Below are positions 9,199 to 19,622 of a stretch of 64,000 nt of DNA, piece by piece. Numbering within the stretch: the first letter of the stretch is position 1; each line of letters opens with the position of its first letter. The notes under the pieces are model-generated. The model was not told the DNA's origin. It saw only the letters and a program-made list of their open reading frames with translations, and made no database searches. Location of the stretch: positions 210,242 to 274,241 of IMG/VR virus record IMGVR_UViG_3300028048_000001. One strand, written 5' to 3'. The position numbers and the translations under genes were made by a program. The stretch comes from a virus (Duplodnaviria; Caudoviricetes).

Positions 9199-12100
9199 TT
9201 AATAAGCAACTTCATTACCATCAATTATAACACCAGTAATTTTTTCTCCTTTGACCCAAGCAGTCTTATCAATAACAATATCACTAGGCACAGCAGTACT
9301 ATCTGTCTGAGATTCAAGAGTAGCTGCTTTAATTACAAACCCATTTGGATAATATCCGGCTTGAACAGTAACACTATCTCCTGCATTAATTGTAACATTA
9401 CTTCCAGTTCTTATAGGTATTGTACCAATTAATTTAACACCATTAGCCCAAGCTATTTTATTTTCTAATATATCATTTACAGTAGCATCTCCAGGAGTTT
9501 GAGTATCCGTTCCAGCTGCTATAACCGTTCCAGTACCATCATGATATCCTTTTGGAATAATATATGAATCTCCTCCATTAAGAGAAATATCAACAGTTCC
9601 AATATTAGGCATTGTACCAGTTATTTTAGTACCATTAACCCAAGCAGTTTTATTAATAAGAATATTATCAGATATAGCATCACCAGGAGTCTGAGATGCT
9701 AAAGTAGCAGCAATTATTTTACCAGTACCATCATGATATCCTTCTGATATAGTATGAATAGAACCACAATTAATAGTATCATTTTCTGATCCTATATCTG
9801 GCATTGTACCAGTTATTTTAGTACCATTAACCCAGGCGGTTTTATTAATAAGAATATTATTAATTACAGCATTGCCAGGAGTTTGAGATGCTAAAGTAGC
9901 AGTTGTTATAACTCCAGTACCATCATGATATCCTGCTGATATAGTATGAGTAGAGCCAGCAAGTAACTCTTCCGATTCAGAACCTATATTAGGTATAGTA
10001 CCAGTTAATTTAATACCATTAGCCCAAGCAGTTTTATTTATTAAAATATCAGAACTTTCTGCAGTAGCTGATGTTTGAGATGCTAAAGTAGCAGCAATTA
10101 TTTTACCAGTACCATCATGATATCCTTCTGATATAGTATGAATAGAACCACAATTAATAGTATCATTTTCTGATCCTATATTAGGTATAGTACCTGTAAT
10201 TTTTTCACCATTAACCCAAGCGGTTTTATTTATTAAAATATCAGAACTTTCTGCAGTAGCTGATGTTTGATCTGATAAATTTGTAGCTACTATAACTCCA
10301 TTACCATTATGATATCCTTCTGATATTGTAAAACTTTCTCCGGCGAGTAATTCTTCATATATTGTATCTATAATTGGTATCGTACCAGTTAATTTAATAC
10401 CATCAACCCAAGCAGTTTTATCTTTAATAATATCATCTGCTGTAGCAGTACCAGGAGTTTGAGTATCTGTTCCAGCCGCTATAACCGTTCCAGTACCATC
10501 ATGATATCCTTTTGGAATAGTATATGAATCTCCTCCATTAAGAGAAATATCAACAGTTCCAATATTAGGCATTGTACCAATAAGTTCAATACCATTAACC
10601 CAAGCAGTAGATCCTTCTATTATATTATCTTCAGTAGCAGTACCAATGGTTTGTTCATTTAAAGATTCTGAAGTTATAACTTCAGAACCATCATGATATC
10701 CTACCGGAATAGTATATGACTCTCCTGCAGATATTGTTTGACTTTCTGGTTCTACTATTGGAATCGTACCTACAACTTTTTCACCATTAACCCAAGCAGT
10801 TGATCCTTCAAGCATATCTGTTGCTGTAGCTGTACCAGATGTTTGATCTGATAAATCTGCAGAAGATATTGTAACTTGAGTATCATGATATCCAGTACGA
10901 AGAATAAATGATTCATTAGCATACAATACAGTATCTGAATCTGTAATTGTAGGCATCGTACCAGTCTGTTTACTTTTAGCATTTGTATTATAAAAAGTTT
11001 TTCCAGATACTACATGTTCTGGATATGCATTTCCTGTTAATTCTAATGTACCAGTAAGTTTTTGACCATCAACCCAAGCTGTTTTTGGAGATAATATATC
11101 TGAAACAGTAGCAGTACCTTCTGTTACAGATTCTATAGAAGGAGCTGTTATTTTACCAGAACCATTATGATATCCAGCTGGAATAGTATAAACTTCACCA
11201 GAGTCTAATCTCTTTGTAATTGCTCCTCTGTTTACCATTGTTCCAGTTTCTTTAAAATCTGGATAAGTTGTATAAAAAGTTTCCCCTTCTAATACATGTG
11301 CTGTTTTAGCATTACCAGTTAATTCTAATGTACCTTCTAATTTTGTAAAAGGATCATCAGAATAAAATTTATATCCTCTTAGCACTTTATCTGCAGTAGC
11401 ATCTCCAGTAAGTTCAAGCTCACCAGTAATTTGTTGATGTACATTATTATTGTAAAAAGTTTTTCCTTTTAATACTTGTACAGAAATTGCAGTACCTGTT
11501 AATTCTATATTACCAGTTAATTTAACTCCATCAACCCAGGCAGTTTTATCTTTAATAATATCATCTGCTGTAGCAGTACCAGGAGTTTGAGCATCCGTTC
11601 CAGTTGCTGTAATTATTCCAGTACCATCATGATATCCTTTTGGAATAGTATATGACTCTCCTCCATCAAGAGAAATATCTTGATGATTTATAACAGGTAT
11701 AGTACCTGCTATTTCTGTACCATTAACCCAGGCAGTTGATCCTTCAAGTAGATCATTTGCTGTAGCAGTACCAATAGTTTGTTCTTCTATAGATTTTGTC
11801 CAAATACGATCATTACCAGTATGATATCCACTTAAAACACTATAAGATTCTCCTGGCTGAAGTAATATTTCTACAGTTTGACGCAATGGCATTGTACCAG
11901 TTAATTTGACTCCATTAACCCAAGCAGTTTTTCCTTCAAAAATATCAATAGATTTTGCATCAGCCACAGTTTGAGAAGCTAAATCTTTACCTTTAACAAT
12001 ACCATTTCCAGAATGATAACCTTCTGGAATATTATATATTTCATCACAAGCTACTATTTCATTTAAATTTTCAATTTTTGGCATAGTACCTGTAATTTTT

Positions 12101-13041
12101 TCGCCATTAACCCAAGCAGTTTTTCCTTCTATTAGATCGTTTGGTTCCATATTAGCAATTGTAACATTAGCAATACCTGTTACTTGTATTGCTGTAAGGC
12201 CATTATAATATCCTGCTGGGATATAAAATATATCATCATTTGTTAATATTCTGGTTTCTTCTCCAGAATGATCTATCATGGTACCTTCAACTACTGTATT
12301 ATAAAGAGTAGAATAGAATTTTTTCCCTTCCAATACATATTCTTTTTGAGTTGTAGCTTCAGATAACCATTCTCTAACAGCATCTTCTGTCTTAAAAGTT
12401 CCAACTATTTTCTCACCATTAACCCAAACAGTTTTACCTAAAGCTATATCTTTAGCTTCTGCATCACCTACAGTTTGAGATGAGAGATCTGCAGCAGTTA
12501 TAACAGATTCTCCAGAAGATAATCCATATGGAATAATATACTCTTCTCCTGGTAATAATATTTTATCTATACGATATAAATATGGAATAGTACCAATTAT
12601 TTTTTCTCTTCTAACCCATGCAGATTTACCAGACATTATATCATCTGCAGTAGCATTAGCATCCTGTTCATTAGAATCTACATCTAAAGTTCCAACTATT
12701 TTTTCACCATTAACCCATGCTACTTTGCCAGCAGCTATATCTTCTGCTTTAGCTGTACCATAAGTATATTCAGATATACTAGGAGCTATTACTATTCCAG
12801 TACCATCATGATGCCCTTCTGGAATTATATAATAAGATTCTCTTCCATCTTCACTTGGTTCAAGAACTATATGAACAGATCCATTTTCTGGCATTGTACC
12901 AACTAATGGTTCTCTAGTAATAGCATCTTGAAATATATATCCTGACATTACACTATTAGATGAAGCAATAGTTCCATTTCTATTAATCTCGGTAGACCTA
13001 TTTGCTGCATCATTATCATAGTATAAAATATTATCAGCCAT
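9199..13041 (-). CDS. Repetitive fibre-like virion protein (GYHDGTG / KTAWVNG repeats)
   Basis: 1280 aa built from many ~65-aa repeats. Confidence 0.7.
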   Translation of the reverse strand: MADNILYYDNDAANRSTEINRNGTIASSNSVMSGYIFQDAITREPLVGTMPENGSVHIVLEPSEDGRESYYIIPEGHHDGTGIVIAPSISEYTYGTAKAEDIAAGKVAWVNGEKIVGTLDVDSNEQDANATADDIMSGKSAWVRREKIIGTIPYLYRIDKILLPGEEYIIPYGLSSGESVITAADLSSQTVGDAEAKDIALGKTVWVNGEKIVGTFKTEDAVREWLSEATTQKEYVLEGKKFYSTLYNTVVEGTMIDHSGEETRILTNDDIFYIPAGYYNGLTAIQVTGIANVTIANMEPNDLIEGKTAWVNGEKITGTMPKIENLNEIVACDEIYNIPEGYHSGNGIVKGKDLASQTVADAKSIDIFEGKTAWVNGVKLTGTMPLRQTVEILLQPGESYSVLSGYHTGNDRIWTKSIEEQTIGTATANDLLEGSTAWVNGTEIAGTIPVINHQDISLDGGESYTIPKGYHDGTGIITATGTDAQTPGTATADDIIKDKTAWVDGVKLTGNIELTGTAISVQVLKGKTFYNNNVHQQITGELELTGDATADKVLRGYKFYSDDPFTKLEGTLELTGNAKTAHVLEGETFYTTYPDFKETGTMVNRGAITKRLDSGEVYTIPAGYHNGSGKITAPSIESVTEGTATVSDILSPKTAWVDGQKLTGTLELTGNAYPEHVVSGKTFYNTNAKSKQTGTMPTITDSDTVLYANESFILRTGYHDTQVTISSADLSDQTSGTATATDMLEGSTAWVNGEKVVGTIPIVEPESQTISAGESYTIPVGYHDGSEVITSESLNEQTIGTATEDNIIEGSTAWVNGIELIGTMPNIGTVDISLNGGDSYTIPKGYHDGTGTVIAAGTDTQTPGTATADDIIKDKTAWVDGIKLTGTIPIIDTIYEELLAGESFTISEGYHNGNGVIVATNLSDQTSATAESSDILINKTAWVNGEKITGTIPNIGSENDTINCGSIHTISEGYHDGTGKIIAATLASQTSATAESSDILINKTAWANGIKLTGTIPNIGSESEELLAGSTHTISAGYHDGTGVITTATLASQTPGNAVINNILINKTAWVNGTKITGTMPDIGSENDTINCGSIHTISEGYHDGTGKIIAATLASQTPGDAISDNILINKTAWVNGTKITGTMPNIGTVDISLNGGDSYIIPKGYHDGTGTVIAAGTDTQTPGDATVNDILENKIAWANGVKLIGTIPIRTGSNVTINAGDSVTVQAGYYPNGFVIKAATLESQTDSTAVPSDIVIDKTAWVKGEKITGVIIDGNEVAY

Positions 13042-13143
13042 TTGGGATTTTAGACTCCTTTAAGCAATATTAATATAATGTGCTCAAAGCCTAAGATTCA
13101 ACTCCATAGTAATATTATGGCTATTCTATATAGGAGGAATATT

Positions 13144-14460
13144 ATGCCATTTACAGATTCTATTAAAATGGTTGATGTTGTTATATCAGATAAAGAATTA
13201 ATTACAGCATCTCCTATTGATGTTGCTAATGGAAAAGTATATATTGGAACCACATCACAATTAGAAACTGGTATTATGCCTGTTGCAGCATATTCTGGTG
13301 ATATTAGTTTGCTTTCTGGAGAATCACACGTTGTACCTTTTGGAAAGATTCCACAATCTTATACGGTTACAGCTGCAGCTTTATCAAATCAAACTCCTGG
13401 AAATGCTATATCTGATAATATTCTTATTAATAAAACTGCCTGGGTTAATGGTGAAAAAATAACCGGTACAATGCCAAGCATTGATTCTGAATCAATAGAA
13501 TTACAATCTGGTGAAAGCTATACTATACCAGAAGGATATCATGATGGTACTGGAGTTATAACAACTAGAGGAGTATCAGATCAGACTCCAGGAGATGCTG
13601 TAGCTTCTAATATTTTAAATGGAAAGATTGCATGGGTAAATGGAAGATCTATAACTGGTACAATGCCTAATATTGGAACTGTTGATGTTTCTCTTAATGG
13701 AGGAGATTCATATACTATTCCAAAAGGATATCATGATGGTACTGGTAAAATAATTGCTGCTACTTTAGCATCTCAGACTTCTGCAACAGCAGTATCAGGA
13801 GATATAGTATCTGGGAAAACTGCTTGGGTTAATGGGGTTAAAATAACTGGTAATATTACAAAAATTACTGCTTCTACAGAAATACTTCCATTAAATGGAA
13901 CATATATTATTCCAAGAGGATATCATGCTGGAACTGGAAAAATTACACAGAATATTGAAATTTTAGAAGGACAAACTGTTGCTTCAGCATTTGAACCTCA
14001 AATTATTCAAACTGCTGGAAAATTTATGAGTGGAGATATCACTGTAACAGGTATTAATGCTCTTAATTATAAGAGAACTATAGAAGCTGTTAAAGATAGC
14101 AGAAATATAGAAATATCTAATTATCAGATGGATGTAACAAATAATAGTTATACTATTCATCTTAATGTAGATAACTGGCATGATAATGCTACAATGAATG
14201 TTTATCATTTTATATTTACAGATCTTATCGATTCTGTTAATAATAGTGTAGATCTTGATACTATTATCGTATTAGATTGGGGTAATAGTAATACTATAAA
14301 TTATATTTATAAATTTGGAAATGTATCCATTACAGCTTTTCTTGAAGAAGGAACTAATGCTCATAGTTTTACTATTAATGGTATTAGTAGTGGAAAAATT
14401 TCTATAATTGAATTATTCGCATCAAGACAATTTGGAGATAGTCATGATACAAATGACTAA
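13144..14460 (+). CDS. Paralogous repetitive fibre-like protein with a unique C-terminal domain
   Basis: Same repeats as 9199-13041. Start moved to ATG 13144, which follows an AGGAGG SD. Confidence 0.7.
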   Translation: MPFTDSIKMVDVVISDKELITASPIDVANGKVYIGTTSQLETGIMPVAAYSGDISLLSGESHVVPFGKIPQSYTVTAAALSNQTPGNAISDNILINKTAWVNGEKITGTMPSIDSESIELQSGESYTIPEGYHDGTGVITTRGVSDQTPGDAVASNILNGKIAWVNGRSITGTMPNIGTVDVSLNGGDSYTIPKGYHDGTGKIIAATLASQTSATAVSGDIVSGKTAWVNGVKITGNITKITASTEILPLNGTYIIPRGYHAGTGKITQNIEILEGQTVASAFEPQIIQTAGKFMSGDITVTGINALNYKRTIEAVKDSRNIEISNYQMDVTNNSYTIHLNVDNWHDNATMNVYHFIFTDLIDSVNNSVDLDTIIVLDWGNSNTINYIYKFGNVSITAFLEEGTNAHSFTINGISSGKISIIELFASRQFGDSHDTND

Positions 14461-14482
14461 AAATTGATAGGAGGAAATAATT

Positions 14483-15493
14483 ATGATAAGACCTCAGTAC
14501 AATTATACTAGTCTTAGTCAATTTTTTAATTTTCTTAAGACATCTGATGGGTATCTTGAAAAAGCTAATGGAACAAATTTAGGAGATTTTACACCATCTG
14601 GTAAAGTTGTAAATGCAGGAAGTGCAAATTATACTGTTTATTGGAAATGGTATAAAGAACTTGGATATGGAAATATGCAAGGTTCTGCTTATTGTGCTTG
14701 TGGAGTTTCTACAATGTTAGTATCTGCTTTTGGATTAGCAAAAGCTAAAAAACTTCTTTGTGGAGACCTTTTTGTATATTGCCCAACTGGGTATAATCAA
14801 TTTAAAAATTCTAAAAGAATTTATACCAATCCTAAACCAGGAGATGTAGTATTTTTCTACAGTGATAATATGGGAAGATATAGCCATACTGGTTGGGTTG
14901 TTGGAGTCGATTCTAATGGTAAAGGATATACTACCTGGGAAGCTAATACCTCTTCTGGAAATGATATTGTTATTAGAAATGGTGGTGCAACTTGTTATAA
15001 GCATTATACTTTAGGACAGAGAAAAGTAGCTTTTGGTCGTCCTGATTGGGAAGGAAATGGAATTTCTTATGAAACTTCTAAAGAAATCGAATCTGTAGAA
15101 ATCGGAACAGATAGTAATAAGATTTCTTGCACTACAGAAGTTCTTAATGTTAGAGATTATCCTTCTAATGGAAATGTAATTGATTCTATTAAAAAAGGTG
15201 AAAAAATAACTCCAACAAAGAAAACTTTTGTTGATGGTAAAGCTTGGTATTATATTGAAGAGAAAAAAGGTTGGGCTTCTGCATCTTATTTTACTGGATG
15301 GATTCTTGAAAAGTCTAATAATAGATGGTGGTATTTATTAGAAGGATATAAATATTACGTTGATAAGATTGTTAATATTGGTGGTAAGAGATATTTCTTC
15401 GACTCTAATGGATATATGTTTATAGGAACATTTCTTATTCAAACAGATTCTTCTGGAGCAATTATAGAGTATAGGAATTCTATGGAAGAATAA
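14483..15493 (+). CDS. Cell-wall hydrolase/endolysin: CHAP domain + SH3b + cell-wall-binding repeats
   Basis: AYCACGVS (catalytic Cys), PKPGDVVFF...SHTGWV...EANT, LNVRDYPS, then WWYL..YFFDSNGYM repeats. Confidence 0.85.
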   Translation: MIRPQYNYTSLSQFFNFLKTSDGYLEKANGTNLGDFTPSGKVVNAGSANYTVYWKWYKELGYGNMQGSAYCACGVSTMLVSAFGLAKAKKLLCGDLFVYCPTGYNQFKNSKRIYTNPKPGDVVFFYSDNMGRYSHTGWVVGVDSNGKGYTTWEANTSSGNDIVIRNGGATCYKHYTLGQRKVAFGRPDWEGNGISYETSKEIESVEIGTDSNKISCTTEVLNVRDYPSNGNVIDSIKKGEKITPTKKTFVDGKAWYYIEEKKGWASASYFTGWILEKSNNRWWYLLEGYKYYVDKIVNIGGKRYFFDSNGYMFIGTFLIQTDSSGAIIEYRNSMEE

Positions 15494-15506
15494 TAAAAAT
15501 AATAAA

Positions 15507-15534
15507 CCCAAGAGAGTTTATTAGCTCTCTTGGG
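15507..15534. terminator. Bidirectional terminator between convergent genes
   Basis: CCCAAGAGAG...CTCTCTTGGG. Confidence 0.65.
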
Positions 15535-15928
15535 ATTTATATTTTCTAAGTGTAGATATTAATTCTGATATTTCATATACAATATCTTTACTCATTTTAT
15601 CCCGAGGAACATGTTTTACCGATTTATAATATATAGAATACCTAGCTTTAAAAAGTCTATCGATTAATTTATCAATATTGTTTTTATTTTTATCAAAATC
15701 ATTATAAAATTCAATGATTACATTATCTATCAAATTTTCCGGTCTCCTAAATTTAACAATTTTTAAAAAATCTCTGGTTTTTGCATAAGTGTCAATACTA
15801 ATATCTGTTATAGAATTAGTATAAAATTCTTTTTCAAATATTTTAAAAGTATCATTTGATGTATTTATATACATTCCATATCCTGTAAAGTATAAAAGAT
15901 AATCATCTTTATTATAATAAATATTCAT
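15521..15928 (-). CDS. Hypothetical protein
   Basis: 135-aa ORF with AAGGTGA SD. Confidence 0.65.
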   Translation of the reverse strand: MNIYYNKDDYLLYFTGYGMYINTSNDTFKIFEKEFYTNSITDISIDTYAKTRDFLKIVKFRRPENLIDNVIIEFYNDFDKNKNNIDKLIDRLFKARYSIYYKSVKHVPRDKMSKDIVYEISELISTLRKYKSQES

Positions 15929-15939
15929 ATTATCACCTT

Positions 15940-16082
15940 TACTTTTGATATAAATATAAACAAGTCAAGAAGTATAAAATGTATGATAAGAAGGATTTTT
16001 TTGTTTATATCAAAAGTATTTATATATTCGGAGGTTTATAAATTTAAAAATTCCTCGGTGACTTATATACTTCTTGACTTTT
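15940..16082 (-). promoter_or_regulatory. Structured 5' leader or ncRNA candidate with two interleaved 15-bp inverted repeats
   Basis: 15940-15954 pairs with 16004-16018 and 15962-15976 pairs with 16066-16080; late-type promoter AACATTTGAATA at 16093-16082. Confidence 0.55.
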
Positions 16083-16136
16083 ATTCAAATGTTTTAACCA
16101 AAACTTATTTATAATATATAAGGAGATTTAATATCA

Positions 16137-17333
16137 ATGCCAAAATCACCTAAAAAATATTTAATACAAGATTCTACTATAGTAGATGAAATATATCCTC
16201 TTATAGAACAATCTGCAAAAAATGGAAGAATAACTAATGTAAAATCATGTATTCAAAAATTTATACAAACAAGACATAAAGAATTATACGATTATGCTCC
16301 TGTAGATAGAATATATTTTAGAAAACAAGATGTAAACGATTTCTTTAAAGCTGTTAATATTAAAGAAAATGATATTACAGATACTATAAAGAAATTATAT
16401 TATTATAATAAAGATGAATTACAAGCTTGTAAAGATGAATTTTCTTTATCATGTTTAATGCTATTAAGATATTTATTAAAAAATAAAGAAAATGATAAAA
16501 CAATCATAGAATTAGTGTATATGTATCTATCGTTTTCTGGTAAATTTTATGCATCTTGTCATGCTGCATGGTTTAGACATTACATACCAAAAAGAGAAGT
16601 TATGGATTATGTAGTAAATTATATGCTTTCTCAAAAATTTGATCTTGCAAAAACGGGTTCAGTATGGGGAGCAATAAAAGAATTAACTTTTACATGGGTA
16701 GAAAGTTATAAAGAAGAGTTGTGTTCAGATATTACTGATGAAAGAATAGTTTATTTAATTCATCAATTACATAATAGAATATATGCTTTTCTTAGAAATA
16801 TTGCTAAATTATATTATGAAGCTTATGAGAAGAAATTATATCTAAATACTGAAAGTGATAATTACAGTGAAGAAAAGTATAGAATAGCTCATAATAATTC
16901 TACTATAATAAGTGGTATAACAGAAAAAACAATAATATATTTTACTACAACACAAGTTAACGTTTCTATTTGTTATAGTTGTGCTGGTAGTGGAGTGGAT
17001 CCTTATGAATTAAAAGCTATATTTGAAAATATCCTTAATAGTAATGATTCAATTAATGATTTAAGATCTGTAATTGTAATATTATTGTCTGATTTTATTA
17101 GAAGATATCCAGAAGAAAAAGAGATTACTGGAACTAAATTTATTGCCCATAGTATCAGTATGAAACCTAATACTAAAGATAAAGATATATTACAATTAAA
17201 GAATATTATTTTAAATTGGTTAAATAATAGTGCTAGATATAGAAGTATTAAAACTCAAGCAACAAAAAATAATTATTATAAAGGAATATTAAGCTATATT
17301 GCAATCATTATAAATAAAGCTAATAAAGAATAA
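16137..17333 (+). CDS. Hypothetical phage protein
   Basis: 398-aa ORF with AAGGAG SD, preceded by AACT-N6-TA at 16102-16113. Confidence 0.7.
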   Translation: MPKSPKKYLIQDSTIVDEIYPLIEQSAKNGRITNVKSCIQKFIQTRHKELYDYAPVDRIYFRKQDVNDFFKAVNIKENDITDTIKKLYYYNKDELQACKDEFSLSCLMLLRYLLKNKENDKTIIELVYMYLSFSGKFYASCHAAWFRHYIPKREVMDYVVNYMLSQKFDLAKTGSVWGAIKELTFTWVESYKEELCSDITDERIVYLIHQLHNRIYAFLRNIAKLYYEAYEKKLYLNTESDNYSEEKYRIAHNNSTIISGITEKTIIYFTTTQVNVSICYSCAGSGVDPYELKAIFENILNSNDSINDLRSVIVILLSDFIRRYPEEKEITGTKFIAHSISMKPNTKDKDILQLKNIILNWLNNSARYRSIKTQATKNNYYKGILSYIAIIINKANKE

Positions 17334-17338
17334 AAAAT

Positions 17339-17368
17339 AAAGAGGTAGAGATTTTCTCTACCTCTTTT
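17339..17368. terminator. Bidirectional terminator
   Basis: AAAGAGGTAGAGA...TCTCTACCTCTTT between convergent genes. Confidence 0.75.
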
Positions 17369-17376
17369 ATAACTCA

Positions 17377-17946
17377 TTAATCTTTAAACTTTTCTATTCC
17401 ATATATTGATTTATATTTATATAGAATATTTCTTAATTTTACTCCAGTATAATTATTTTGTATTATTTCATTACATAATACATGTTTTATTGCATTTTCA
17501 CATGATGCATAATTATATAACCATTCTGTAATATAATTTATATCACAAATATTATAAAAATTATCAAATGCTTTCTTTACATTATTTGAAATTTTAAGAT
17601 CATTTTTAACTAAATAATTGTTACTATTTTCATTAATAGCTTTTTTCATTCCATCATTATAGCATTTATCAATATATGATTTAGCAACTTCTATTCTATT
17701 AGTTGTTATATTATCCGAATTTTCTGATGATAATGCTTGCTTTATTAATTCAGACATATTAACAATAGTAGCTACCCAACTACTAGTTTGACATATATCT
17801 TGATTATAATTAACATGCCTCCATTTAAGAGTATGCCAATAAAAAATTGTTAAAGGTCTTTTTATTTCTTTTACATCACTTTTTACTCCTTCTAATAAAG
17901 ATTCTATATATTTAATATTAAAAATAGGCATTAAAATATCCTCCAT
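17377..17946 (-). CDS. Divergent DUF29-like protein
   Basis: IFYWHTLKWRH...SSWVATI resembles the DUF29 HLLKW..Q....SW..SI motif. Confidence 0.5.
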   Translation of the reverse strand: MEDILMPIFNIKYIESLLEGVKSDVKEIKRPLTIFYWHTLKWRHVNYNQDICQTSSWVATIVNMSELIKQALSSENSDNITTNRIEVAKSYIDKCYNDGMKKAINENSNNYLVKNDLKISNNVKKAFDNFYNICDINYITEWLYNYASCENAIKHVLCNEIIQNNYTGVKLRNILYKYKSIYGIEKFKD

Positions 17947-18473
17947 ATATTATTATTTATAAATTCTTTGGTATTATCTGAAACTTTTCTTATTTTAAAG
18001 CATTCTTTTATCATATTTATATAATATTCAATATTTGTAAGATTTTCTTTATTGAAATCATTATTGTCAATAGTGCAATTTAAATATTTTATACATTTAT
18101 CGTAAGCTATTAAATATGCTTTAGACATATCATAAAAATCAAACCTGCTATCATTTTTTAATAATATTATATTAGATAATAAATCCTGAATATTATAATC
18201 ATCGATATATTCATTTTTATCATATTTATATTTTATACATATAATATCATTAAATATTGAAAATATTTTTCCTTCATAATATTTTATCATATTATTATAT
18301 TCACTAATTATTATTGCACATGCTTGAGATGCAGTATCTTCTGATATTATACCAGAATCTATTTCATTTTTATTAGCACTTACAAACTCATCAAGTTCTA
18401 ATATATTATTTTCATCAATATTTATTAATTTCATTGTATTTATTTCTCCTTTTAAATTTATATATACCCCCAT
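17931..18473 (-). CDS. Hypothetical protein, paralog of 19000-19566
   Basis: N-terminal halves align (ELDEFV..N.I.SG.I / DFEEFI..N.NGEI; ICIKY / FSIKY). Confidence 0.6.
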   Translation of the reverse strand: MGVYINLKGEINTMKLINIDENNILELDEFVSANKNEIDSGIISEDTASQACAIIISEYNNMIKYYEGKIFSIFNDIICIKYKYDKNEYIDDYNIQDLLSNIILLKNDSRFDFYDMSKAYLIAYDKCIKYLNCTIDNNDFNKENLTNIEYYINMIKECFKIRKVSDNTKEFINNNIWRIF

Positions 18474-19007
18474 TTATTTATTAAATAAATATATAAAATC
18501 TCCAGTATAATTTTTCTTTATAAAATCATTATTAATTATATACTTTATCTTAGAATTATCAGACCTTCTGATTATATAATCTATTAATTTATTAAATATT
18601 AAAAGTCTATCTATATCTATAAAATTATAATATACAGAATCATACTCATCAATATCTGAAATATAAATTTTATTATTAATATCATCATTTATCTCTTCTG
18701 CAAGACGAGTTTCTTTTATTGCTATTCTTTTTCCAAATTCATATGCTTCATTATTTCTTACTTTTATATTATTATATACAGATCTTATTAAATCTTGTTC
18801 TCTCATCTTTTTATTTTTATATATTAAATCTACAATATGCATGTAACTAGAAGAAATACTTCTAACCCAAGATACAGACTGTTTAGAAGGTTGATATTTC
18901 CATTTTAATAAATGACAAAATATAACCGATATATAGGATATTAAATTTTCTGTAATATCTTTTATTGATTCTTCAGTTAAATAATCTTCATTTAAATATT
19001 TAATCAT
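18474..19007 (-). CDS. DUF29 family protein
   Basis: HLLKWKYQPSKQSVSWVRSI ... AIKETRL. Confidence 0.75.
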   Translation of the reverse strand: MIKYLNEDYLTEESIKDITENLISYISVIFCHLLKWKYQPSKQSVSWVRSISSSYMHIVDLIYKNKKMREQDLIRSVYNNIKVRNNEAYEFGKRIAIKETRLAEEINDDINNKIYISDIDEYDSVYYNFIDIDRLLIFNKLIDYIIRRSDNSKIKYIINNDFIKKNYTGDFIYLFNK

Positions 19008-19545
19008 ATAAAAATTCCTCCATATAAATATTTAATTTATCTAAAAAGTACTTATCTCTATTAGTATCAGTGCAACAATTTTTAAATTCATTCAATCTTA
19101 TATTTATTTTTAAGAATTTATCAATATCTGATAAGTCATTTATAATTTCTTCTGTAAAATCATTATTATTCCATGGACTATTTTTTAATTTTTCTACTAT
19201 ATCTACGATTTTCTTCTTTTTAAAATCTATAGATGAAAGACTAAATTTAATATCATTCTTTAAATATGATATATTTCTTATATAGGTATTCAATGCACCA
19301 ATATCTGGTCCTATATCTTTGCTCAAATATTTAATACTAAATATTGATGTTAAAATCTGCATTATATAAAAATCATATTGTTTATTTATAGAATCATATA
19401 AAGCTAAGCAAGATGAGACTAAAGGTCCAATCTCATCTTTATTTATTTCTCCATTATTTAAACTATTAAAATGATTTTTAATAAATTCTTCAAAATCTAT
19501 TATTAATTCGACATCATTTTCAACTTTAAATTTTATCTTTTCCAT
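19000..19545 (-). CDS. Hypothetical protein, paralog of 17931-18473
   Basis: Probable start MEKIKF after a GGAGG SD. Confidence 0.6.
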   Translation of the reverse strand: MEKIKFKVENDVELIIDFEEFIKNHFNSLNNGEINKDEIGPLVSSCLALYDSINKQYDFYIMQILTSIFSIKYLSKDIGPDIGALNTYIRNISYLKNDIKFSLSSIDFKKKKIVDIVEKLKNSPWNNNDFTEEIINDLSDIDKFLKINIRLNEFKNCCTDTNRDKYFLDKLNIYMEEFLYD

Positions 19546-19622
19546 CTTATATAACCTCCATTTCAAAATTATGATATCTATTTGATTCCACTTTTATATA
19601 ATCAATTAATATAGGAGCTAGT

